64,000 bases of DNA from Rhodothermales bacterium (GTDB lineage Bacteria; Bacteroidota; Rhodothermia; Rhodothermales; Bin80). Below are positions 39,608 to 47,415 of the stretch, one piece after another. A program made the translations under genes and the position numbers. The notes under the pieces are model-generated. The model ran no database searches and was not told the DNA's origin. It was given only the letters and a program-made list of their open reading frames with translations. The stretch's first letter is position 1, and each line of letters starts with the position of its first letter. The stretch covers positions 1,968,976 through 2,032,975 of the forward strand of contig OZ241874.1 in assembly GCA_965203305.1 (NCBI GenBank), given 5' to 3'.

Positions 39608-40939
39608 TTATCTCTCTATCCCCGTGTCTGCGTCCAGATCACTGTCGGAAGGTTCTCTGCCCTGTGGAGATTCCTGACCAGGATTGCCTTTCCCCTCCCC
39701 TTTTTCAGGGGAGGGACTGTCTGGAGTATGGTTTTCCGGCTCCTTCTCGGGATCCGCCTCGGGTAACTGTCTCGGCTCCCCCTGATCCTTGGACTCCGGT
39801 TGTTGCTCCTGAATCTCTTTCGGAAGATAATTTTCTAACAGCCAGTCCCGCATGGACGGGATCGGGACAGAGTAGTTCCCTTCCTCATCGTAGTAAAACA
39901 CCCCCTTCTTCACGGACAGAAAAAATAGCTCCTTTGCTTTCTCCTCCCCATACTCTCTTGTGAGATGCGCAAGAATCTCTGTCTTTGTTAGCCTCCCGTC
40001 TTTGGGAACACCTCCTATGATCTGAGCAAAACTGGTTCTTTCTTCAGAAACAAATTCCGACATCCGCCCTACATAGTATTCTCTGCGGTGTTTACGCCCC
40101 TGTTCCAAGACAGACAGCAACCCCTCCTCTGTCATCTCCCCGCCGTCTTCTCTGAGATGGGCTGCGGCTGGCACCGTGTATGCGATAATGTGCTGGGGCC
40201 ACCTGTAAGTCTCTCTGGCAATCGCATCCACCCAATCCGTCGTGTCTCCCTTCGCCTCCCCCTCTTCTCTGAGCCACTCTCTGATCACCGTCCGCTCCTC
40301 CTCTTCTTCCAGTGGATCCAAGTTCGTGATGGATCCGAAGGAAGAGCGAGAGACCCCCAGACTGTTCAATGCTCTGTCTGTCGTGCCCAATCCACCAGCT
40401 AACAGGATGACAGGCTTCCCCAGCCCGCTGTTATGAATCCGCTTCAGGAGATCTCGGACATCGTCTTTGTACCCTCCCGTTATCCTGCTGTCTTCGCCCA
40501 AATGCTGGGCCTCGTCAAGAATCAACAGAAGGGGGGTGTCGCCTATCTTGAGTATGTCTTGTGGGGTGCGGGGGTGGTGATCAACCGTGATTTTTGCCTT
40601 GCCCTTCGCAACCAAAAATTTCGTTATCCCTGCTTCCCCTTCCCCGCCTGTAACCCTGATTTCGGGGCCGATCTCAAGTGTTTTCCGCAACTTGTCTGGA
40701 TCCCACAGATCTCTCGGGTCAATCTCTGCCACTTCCCACTCCTGCTCCTCTGCTATATCCCAGCATTTTGCCAGCAGAGCGGTTTTCCCCACGCCAGGAG
40801 GCCCCTGTACCAAAAATATAGTTCCGCCTTTGGATTCGCTGAACTCCCCAAGTGCCTCCCGGAACTTCGAGAGGATCGCTTCGCGTCCGCGAAAGTGTTT
40901 CGCCGCTCCTCTGTCTCGAAAGCCTTTAATCTTGCTCAT
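39608..40939 (-). CDS. ORC/Cdc6-like AAA+ ATPase, cassette copy 5
   Basis: Start taken at MSKIKGFRDRG (40939) by analogy with copy 4. First ~205 aa are ~99% identical to copy 4. Long acidic/Pro-rich tail ending DADTGIER. Confidence 0.8.
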   Translation of the reverse strand: MSKIKGFRDRGAAKHFRGREAILSKFREALGEFSESKGGTIFLVQGPPGVGKTALLAKCWDIAEEQEWEVAEIDPRDLWDPDKLRKTLEIGPEIRVTGGEGEAGITKFLVAKGKAKITVDHHPRTPQDILKIGDTPLLLILDEAQHLGEDSRITGGYKDDVRDLLKRIHNSGLGKPVILLAGGLGTTDRALNSLGVSRSSFGSITNLDPLEEEEERTVIREWLREEGEAKGDTTDWVDAIARETYRWPQHIIAYTVPAAAHLREDGGEMTEEGLLSVLEQGRKHRREYYVGRMSEFVSEERTSFAQIIGGVPKDGRLTKTEILAHLTREYGEEKAKELFFLSVKKGVFYYDEEGNYSVPIPSMRDWLLENYLPKEIQEQQPESKDQGEPRQLPEADPEKEPENHTPDSPSPEKGEGKGNPGQESPQGREPSDSDLDADTGIER

Positions 40940-41598
40940 CGTTTCTTCCAGAAGTGGTTTGTCCTGGTCGGGAAGTTTGTACGGAACATGGTGAGGACAG
41001 AAGAGCACTGGCAGAAATCTTAGGGTTGGACACCCAGACACTGCTTCAGGTTCCCCCTATCAGGAAATTATCCAGCAAAATCCGCATGAAGGCAGGGAGG
41101 GAGTGTTATCCCTCATTGTTCGCCTTCCTTGTCCTAATTCAACATTGCGGATTATCCTGTCCCCTCTCCTGATGTATATGAATCCTCTGCGAAAGGAATT
41201 GGACCGGAGACTGTTACGCGAAGTGTTTGATTCATGGGAGGATTGCAGAAATTGCGCGGAGGTATGGTACAAGGAACCGCTTGTACATGCGGGAAAAGAA
41301 GGTTGGGATAAAGGACTTCTATCCTAATCTGAACGTTTCATGTCAGGGGTTGGAAGATACCTGTTCCGGGCTTGCGAATTTTGCTGGATAAGTCCCAAAG
41401 ATTTCTGGCAACTGACTGACTCCTTGACTCAGTTCTCGGAACAGTCTGATCCATTTTCCTCTGCAATTTGCGGGGAGATCGTCCTTCTCTGCTCCTGTTA
41501 CTGACTCTCTGTGTAACATGCGCATCATTGACGCATGTTTTCGGAGTGACGGGGAAAGGGCATGGATCACATGCTGATCCATGAAAGCTGCTCCCCAG

Positions 41599-43062
41599 TC
41601 AGTTCGTCCGGGATTCACTCATAAACGTGCGGTATCTCTGGACATAGGCCATGGCTTCATTCCGATTCTGCAGCCTGCGATGGAGATTCACCATGTGCTC
41701 CAGTAATGTACGCTGATCCTGCACATCCAGACTTTCCCAGCCAGACTCTGCACGTTCGGCTGCCTCCAGTGAGGCCTGCGGATCATTACGAAGGAGCAGT
41801 GACAGGGTCAGGGCCGTGCGTGCTGCCTGCGAGAATCCAGTGGACTCGCTTTGAAGAAGGTAGGCTAGAGCATTCCGGAGCTCTCCCTGACTGCGCATCT
41901 CCATGGCAAGTGTATAACTCATCACGCCGTAATCCTCTTGCACTCTCGTGCGAAGGGGAACCGTTTCCGGGGCAATCTCCTTCCACACAGCCTGGATAAT
42001 AGAGATTCCCTCCTCCGTTTCTTCTGTATTGTACAGTGCCCGGGCAAGTTGGTAGCGGACTTCCAGTTTTGCCAGCGGACGCGCCACATCCAGCAAAAGA
42101 GCGCGCATTCCTCCAACAGCATCCGCCGGATTTGATGCAGCCGTCTGCAATAGCGTATCAAACCGCTTCCGCGTCACCACGGTAGTATCCCACAGAAGCC
42201 ACTCACGCTCTGACTCCACATACTGCCTGCTTTCCTGATCAAGGACATATGCATCTGCTTCGTTCAGAACTGCCAGTGCCTGGTTTCCCTGATCGGCCTC
42301 AATGAAGGCACGGGAGGAGTTTGCAAGGTAAATAAACGCAGTTGACGAGTCCAGTACCATCGTTGTGTCCAGAGATAACAGGGCTTGATCTTTCAAGAGC
42401 ACGGACGCTCTGTACCACCATGCACCAGAGTCCAGCCAGTTCTTGGCATTGCCAAGAGATTCTTTCGCACTTGCCAGCAGAGCTGCATAATCGTGCCGCT
42501 CAGGGTGCAGCTTTGTGAGCCGCTCCAGGATCTTGATCTGCTCATCTAATGCATTCTCCTGCCCTAAACGTTCATACAGCAGTTCGTACACGCGACTAAG
42601 CCAGTAACTGGCTTCCAGATCGTACGGGTTCGCATCCAGCGCAAGGCGAAACTGTTCTGCTGCGCCCTGCAGCTCTTCCAGTCCGAGCACTTCCCCCGAA
42701 AGCAGCTGGGCACCTTCATTGAATCGGCGAATTGCCTCTGCTTCTGCCTCCGTATCTACATCTACCGAGTCCGAGGAAGTCACCAGATGTTTCGTCAGGC
42801 TGTCTGCAATATCAAAAAGCCTGCGTCCCCCTTCCACCGCCTGGCGAGCTTCCATAACAGACTGATCGCTCACCAATCCTCCTCTGGATGCATATACATC
42901 CGCCATCGCAATGAATACACTGTCCACACCCGGCAGGCTCGGAAGTTCAGGCTCCTCTTCCTCTACAATCAACGCCTCCTTGGGAGAGCATCCAAAGATC
43001 AGAAGGGCCAATATCAGAAAGGATAATGTTCTCATTTCTCTGCTTCTACTACGGTTTCCCAC
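41599..43062 (-). CDS. TPR-repeat lipoprotein
   Basis: 487 aa. Signal plus lipobox LLIFGC. Helical repeat composition. Confidence 0.6.
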   Translation of the reverse strand: MGNRSRSREMRTLSFLILALLIFGCSPKEALIVEEEEPELPSLPGVDSVFIAMADVYASRGGLVSDQSVMEARQAVEGGRRLFDIADSLTKHLVTSSDSVDVDTEAEAEAIRRFNEGAQLLSGEVLGLEELQGAAEQFRLALDANPYDLEASYWLSRVYELLYERLGQENALDEQIKILERLTKLHPERHDYAALLASAKESLGNAKNWLDSGAWWYRASVLLKDQALLSLDTTMVLDSSTAFIYLANSSRAFIEADQGNQALAVLNEADAYVLDQESRQYVESEREWLLWDTTVVTRKRFDTLLQTAASNPADAVGGMRALLLDVARPLAKLEVRYQLARALYNTEETEEGISIIQAVWKEIAPETVPLRTRVQEDYGVMSYTLAMEMRSQGELRNALAYLLQSESTGFSQAARTALTLSLLLRNDPQASLEAAERAESGWESLDVQDQRTLLEHMVNLHRRLQNRNEAMAYVQRYRTFMSESRTN

Positions 43063-44102
43063 CAGTCTATAAAGGCGGCATAGAATGCTTTCGCTTCTTC
43101 ACTGGTAATTTCTCGCTCCTGGGATATGATCCGGGCAATCCGCCCGTCGTTGTGTGTCACTCGCCCCACACGGAAACGGGAGACTTCTTTCTGCAAGCCC
43201 CGATCAAAGAACAGATAGGAGTCTTCTCCGTCCACCATGACCACCTGCAACTGATCGTATCCGGATCGAACGAGAAGGTAGAATTGCACCTCACGCCCGT
43301 CAATAGCAGAGGATGCAATGGCCGTATGGTCACCGCTTGCATGATCCAGGTGCACCCGTACCACAGCCGGGTGTGGATGGGGATTGTTCTTCACCCACTC
43401 CATAATGGCAGATGTTACATTATCTCTTCCCCCTCCCCCGGAAAGCATGCTCTCGTCAAAGGCACGAATCTCGGGAGCTTCGGCTCCCACCCGCTCGGAC
43501 GGAACCTCGCTGGCGGGGCCTCTCATAGAGGAATTCGCACCCGCAGGGCCTCCCGCGCTCAGCTGGTCCGATGGAAGTGCAAGTCTTGTACCGGGAAGCG
43601 AGATTCGACTGCGACCCTGAATCCCCCGAGCAGCGGCAATCTCCGTTCCGCTTGGCGAGCGATCCAGCGCAAGCCGGGATTCCGGCAGAGCACTCAGTTG
43701 TCCACCGTCATTGATTGCCAGCCGGGACTCTGCCAGGGATGTTCGCTCTGGGTTGCTATCCAGTCCGGCAGGAGGCTGCAGGGATATGCTTTCTCTGACA
43801 GGAAGAGATACCTCCTCCACAGTGACCTCTGGAGCTTCTGATTCGGCCGGTGATGCTTCTACTGGAACAGGAGGCGGTGGCGGGGGAGGTGGTATTGCGA
43901 CCGAGGTAAAGGTCAAAATACGGGATGTGTATTCCGATGGAGACACATCTGACCATGCTGCCAGGAGATACATGCCAGCGAGTAGGGAGAGTGTAATCCC
44001 CCACCCTCCCAGACGATCCTGTACATTGCGACTCGCGAGTATTTGGCGAAGCGCAGACATGTCCGGGAGTTTCAGTCTTGACAGAATATTTTTGTCACGC
44101 AT
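43032..44102 (-). CDS. Membrane protein with poly-proline linker, in the TonB position of an exbB-exbD cluster
   Basis: 356 aa. N-terminal TM segment, then PPPPPPPVPVE linker. Downstream of exbB-exbD-exbD on the same strand. The C-terminal domain is not recognisably TonB by eye. Confidence 0.4.
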   Translation of the reverse strand: MRDKNILSRLKLPDMSALRQILASRNVQDRLGGWGITLSLLAGMYLLAAWSDVSPSEYTSRILTFTSVAIPPPPPPPPVPVEASPAESEAPEVTVEEVSLPVRESISLQPPAGLDSNPERTSLAESRLAINDGGQLSALPESRLALDRSPSGTEIAAARGIQGRSRISLPGTRLALPSDQLSAGGPAGANSSMRGPASEVPSERVGAEAPEIRAFDESMLSGGGGRDNVTSAIMEWVKNNPHPHPAVVRVHLDHASGDHTAIASSAIDGREVQFYLLVRSGYDQLQVVMVDGEDSYLFFDRGLQKEVSRFRVGRVTHNDGRIARIISQEREITSEEAKAFYAAFIDWWETVVEAEK

Positions 44103-44120
44103 TGCAATCTCCGTATATTT

Positions 44121-44498
44121 TTAATTCTCATTCCATTCACTGGCCGAGCAGGAAAGATTGATACTCGCACAGACATCCAGGGCATCCACCAGATTCTGGA
44201 CAAGAACCCCCCGCTCTGGTGTGATCAGGATGGTGGTTTCTGAACTGGCCGACTCTGACAGGCAGGAGCGAAGCTCCGCTGTGTCTGTTCCTGTACACAC
44301 CTGTACTCCCTCTCTGGCAACCCACCAGGACTGGATTCCAAGATTAAGTCGCAATACATCCTGTATTTCGCCTTCCTCATCGCTGCCCCGAGGCAGCTCC
44401 ACTTCTCGCTCAATCGCCAGATCTGCCTGGAGGAGAAATGCCATCAGAAGGATGAGAGTCAGATCCAAAAAACGGATCATCATTCGTGTATTGCGCAT
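44121..44498 (-). CDS. exbD: ExbD/TolR-family biopolymer transport protein
   Basis: 125 aa. N-terminal FLDLTLILLMAFLL TM segment typical of ExbD/TolR. Supported by context. Confidence 0.7.
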   Translation of the reverse strand: MRNTRMMIRFLDLTLILLMAFLLQADLAIEREVELPRGSDEEGEIQDVLRLNLGIQSWWVAREGVQVCTGTDTAELRSCLSESASSETTILITPERGVLVQNLVDALDVCASINLSCSASEWNEN

Positions 44499-44516
44499 GA
44501 TCTGGTCTGGGATAGG

Positions 44517-44876
44517 TTATCGCGAACGATGCTCAACAATGAACACAGCCGGACGGTCTGCCTGCTTGAAGATACGATGGATCTGTACAAGCAGGAATGC
44601 ATCCGCATTTGCATCTACACGCAACTCAATTGGCCTCTGCTCTTCTGCGCTGATTCGTGCCAGTTCCAGTGCATTCACATTCCCGAGGCCTGCCACCATA
44701 AGACTGCCATCTGCACTCACTGCAGCCTGAATCGGATCCAGTATTGCCCCCTGATCTTCCAGATCACGACTTACCGGAAGTTCCACATTGAACTCGGTGA
44801 TCTTTACGACTGCCAGCAGGCTCAGCAACAGCAGGAGCGTAAGGTCAATCAGCCGGACAACGAAATTGGACTGCAT
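44517..44876 (-). CDS. exbD: ExbD/TolR-family biopolymer transport protein
   Basis: 119 aa. LIDLTLLLLLSLL TM segment. Adjacent to the exbB-like gene. Confidence 0.7.
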   Translation of the reverse strand: MQSNFVVRLIDLTLLLLLSLLAVVKITEFNVELPVSRDLEDQGAILDPIQAAVSADGSLMVAGLGNVNALELARISAEEQRPIELRVDANADAFLLVQIHRIFKQADRPAVFIVEHRSR

Positions 44877-44901
44877 GTGCCTGTCGGCGCGAGCCGTATC
44901 T

Positions 44902-45636
44902 TTAGTTCGTTTGGGCTTCTGTGTACTCTCCGGCTCCTCGAGTGACCTGCTGCTGCCCCAGATAGCTCATCCTCGTCGCCACATTCTCGCCCCACGCACG
45001 CCCTTTTGCCAAATGCTTGCCTGCATAGCGGCTCACGAAAGTCTCTGCGGCTTCCAGGATCAGAGATGCAGCAACCCCCAGCAATGTGGAGACCAAGGCA
45101 AGGCTGATTCCTACGTAAACCGTATTGGGGTCCGTGCCTGCAGCGGCGAACGATGAGTACATGCCGACCAGAGTACCTGCGAGTCCCAGCCCCCCGGCAG
45201 CACTTGAGCAGTACGTGACGAGCTTGTTCGTGAGCGAAAACGACTCCTGCTGATCAGAGATGACCGCTCCCACTGTTTTTAACAGTCCGCCATGATCCGA
45301 AGTGAACTGTGAACGGCGCAAAAGACGCTGTAACAGGTTATGATAGATACTCTGTCCCGGCTTTTCGGCCTCTGACTGAAAGTCCCTGGCCTCCATGGAG
45401 TCCGTATCCATGTTTCGTAACGATTTTGACTGAACTCCATCGTGGTACAGGCGCACCAGCGTATTCATGAGAGCTGCCAGTCCAAGGACGAATACGAGCA
45501 GGATGGGCCACTGAAATCCACCAGCCAGGCCGATGATGTCAAGAATGTTTTGTGCGGCGGACGGATCGGATGCGGACGCAAGCGTATCCTGCGCCTGAGT
45601 AGTCGCGTCTTGCGCCTGCAGAAGGGTTATTTTCAT
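44902..45636 (-). CDS. exbB: MotA/TolQ/ExbB proton-channel protein
   Basis: 244 aa. Three TM segments; conserved C-terminal region GISLALVSTLLGVAASLI. Confidence 0.75.
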   Translation of the reverse strand: MKITLLQAQDATTQAQDTLASASDPSAAQNILDIIGLAGGFQWPILLVFVLGLAALMNTLVRLYHDGVQSKSLRNMDTDSMEARDFQSEAEKPGQSIYHNLLQRLLRRSQFTSDHGGLLKTVGAVISDQQESFSLTNKLVTYCSSAAGGLGLAGTLVGMYSSFAAAGTDPNTVYVGISLALVSTLLGVAASLILEAAETFVSRYAGKHLAKGRAWGENVATRMSYLGQQQVTRGAGEYTEAQTN

Positions 45637-46007
45637 GTCGTATGGAAGGCCTGCAAAAGAATGAAGCAGGTTTGTTTTGGTGAAGATGTAATCGTTTGCA
45701 AATATACGAATTTATCGCGCGGAGCGAATAATCTCGCGAGAAAATTTGTGGTACAGCATTCGTTCTGAAGGCTTTTTATGCCTAAACGATACCCTGATAC
45801 AGTACCTGGAAACATAGCTGATATTCGGATGCTTGGGGCTGCAGTCACATCTGCAGGGTCACCGGCAGTGCTTCTTGATGTCTTGCACACAACCTCCCAC
45901 TCCATGTCAGAATATGCCAAAATTTTTGCTCACCCGATCTGTCCGAGCGAAATACTGGCGAGAACCGCTCACGGAGCCCATGTAATTTTGAACATCCATT
46001 CCCACGT

Positions 46008-46295
46008 TCAGGCAACTGGTTCAAATGGGATAAATCCAGAGCCTGTACAGGTTCTGGAGAAGAGGGAATTGCAACCAGGGTTGCCCTCCGAATCCTGGCA
46101 GTCCACAGAATTTCTTGAAATGGAAGCCTCTGCCAATTCAAGGGATGATCGCGGAGACCATACAGGTGTGGGATCAGGGATGCCTTTGTCCGTTCCAGAT
46201 TCATGCCAGATGGAAGACATGATACGCTCTGCATTCTTTCCGCTAGTACTCTCTGTAATTCCCGCCCCTAAAAGACAGCCTGTCATTGTACGCAT
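46008..46295 (-). CDS. Hypothetical protein, left-hand 'B' member of a duplicated overlapping gene pair (possibly degraded)
   Basis: Start MRTMTGCLLGAGITESTSG parallels MRTLKTCVIQSGISKAVSG at 52623. Overlaps the stop of 46283-46954 by 13 nt. Confidence 0.35.
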   Translation of the reverse strand: MRTMTGCLLGAGITESTSGKNAERIMSSIWHESGTDKGIPDPTPVWSPRSSLELAEASISRNSVDCQDSEGNPGCNSLFSRTCTGSGFIPFEPVA

Positions 46296-46954
46296 GATCT
46301 CGTTTTCACTTTTCCTTCCTCTGCCCACGCTTCCACGCAATCTCCTTCATCCCGGAAATAGCTCACCCGGATCGGACGGGCCATTTCAAACCGCTGGCGG
46401 TCCATTTCGCATGCGGCAGCTTCGGGAGCACCGCCATACTGAAGAGCTTCGGGGGCATAATCCCACATCTCCAGACGCACTGTCCCCTGATCACGAATCA
46501 GTTGCAGCTGGAGATCTTCTCCTTCATAATGCCGCTCCACTGCTTCTACACAACTCACCGCAATCGCGGCAGATGCATCCTGCTCCATGTGTGCAGCCAG
46601 GAGTGCAGGGCCAGACTCCTCGCGGAGTGCCTCATACCGGTAATCTACTTCCAGATTCCAGCCTGCGACCAGATCTCGGAATTCTCGCGGGATAAATTCT
46701 CCGAGATAATGCACCTCTGCGGTGGGGTTCAGGATTAGCAGGTCATCCGGTCCATATCCGTTCGCTGTAACATCCACAAGTTGGATGGAAGCAAGAGAAT
46801 CCGGTGGCAAAATCAGCAGGTCTGACAAGATCTGATCCATAACCATCGGGTCTGTCAGGGTCACCATCGGGCGGATCAGCCTGTCAAAGGACTGTCCCGT
46901 AGCAGAAGAAGTGAACAGAAAAACGAACAGAAGAAAAATTCTCGGATTCATCAT
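46283..46954 (-). CDS. Secreted hypothetical protein, left-hand 'A' member of a duplicated gene pair
   Basis: 223 aa. Signal peptide MMNPRIFLLFVFLFTSSATGQ. C-terminus YFRDEGDCVEAWAEEGKVKTRSCVQ matches YRDASECQEAWTESGKRRMRSCAL of 52611-53168. Confidence 0.55.
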   Translation of the reverse strand: MMNPRIFLLFVFLFTSSATGQSFDRLIRPMVTLTDPMVMDQILSDLLILPPDSLASIQLVDVTANGYGPDDLLILNPTAEVHYLGEFIPREFRDLVAGWNLEVDYRYEALREESGPALLAAHMEQDASAAIAVSCVEAVERHYEGEDLQLQLIRDQGTVRLEMWDYAPEALQYGGAPEAAACEMDRQRFEMARPIRVSYFRDEGDCVEAWAEEGKVKTRSCVQ

Positions 46955-47415
46955 GGAATTCTTATAGGCTGTGCAGAGACACAGAGGGCAACCCCTGCTC
47001 TGAATTCCAACAGTATTTCATGGAGAAGGTTTTCAGAGACTGTCATGCACATCAAACTGAAATATCTGTAACTGTTTTCGGAGTGATCGGATTTTTTTTT
47101 AAGTTTTGAGTCAACTTTGCAAGATAGAAAAACTTCAGGAAAATGCATCTTTACCGAACATGAACAAGGGGCAGAAAGCAGGGGCATTTCGCAAGTCACA
47201 AAGGATGACTGCCGTCCACATCTCTGTCTAGCAAGGTCACCATCGACGGAACATGCTGCCAAGCCGTTTGGAGACACACTCAGGTTCAAATGGTCAATCA
47301 GAAAGCTGTATGCAGAGGCATGCGATGCAGTCCATCTGCCCTTCATAAATCCCATCCATGGAATGTGCATGACTGGGGAATGATTGCCGGTTTCTATACT
47401 GTGATCATTCATGAA

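Larger units (their letters stand above)
38063..41396 (-). mobile_element. Tandem array of AAA+ ATPase cassettes (copies 4 and 5 plus an orphan left end) sharing one right IR
   Basis: Left-arm IR GGAAATTATCCAGCAAAATC(C/T)GCA at 38063-38086, 39565-39588 and 41063-41086. Single right arm CTTGCGAATTTTGCTGGATAA at 41371-41391. 8-nt direct repeat AAAGATTT at 38055-38062 and 41397-41404. Confidence 0.55.

Noticed and set aside
40940-41041. 34-codon N-terminal extension of ATPase copy 5 in the ORF track (MSGCPTLRFLPVLFCPHH...)
   Set aside because: Copy 4 has a stop in the equivalent region and starts at MSKIKG. The upstream ATG shared by copies 3 and 4 is out of frame in copy 5 because of a 1-nt difference in an A-run. 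The extension reads through leader sequence. The KLPDQDKPL conservation is noted but does not make this start credible.
38063-41396. Integron-like gene cassette array (same-orientation genes, each followed by a palindromic site)
   Set aside because: No intI-like tyrosine recombinase or attI in the window. The repeat lacks the GTTRRRY/RYYYAAC core sites of attC. Single copies carry the repeat on both sides of the gene and have flanking direct repeats, which attC cassettes do not.
45778-46695. 305-aa plus-strand ORF
   Set aside because: It is antisense to the conserved A/B gene pair (46008-46954) and Pro/Ser/Gly-rich with no motifs. The minus-strand genes have a paralogous copy at 52.2-53.2 kb that supports their frames.
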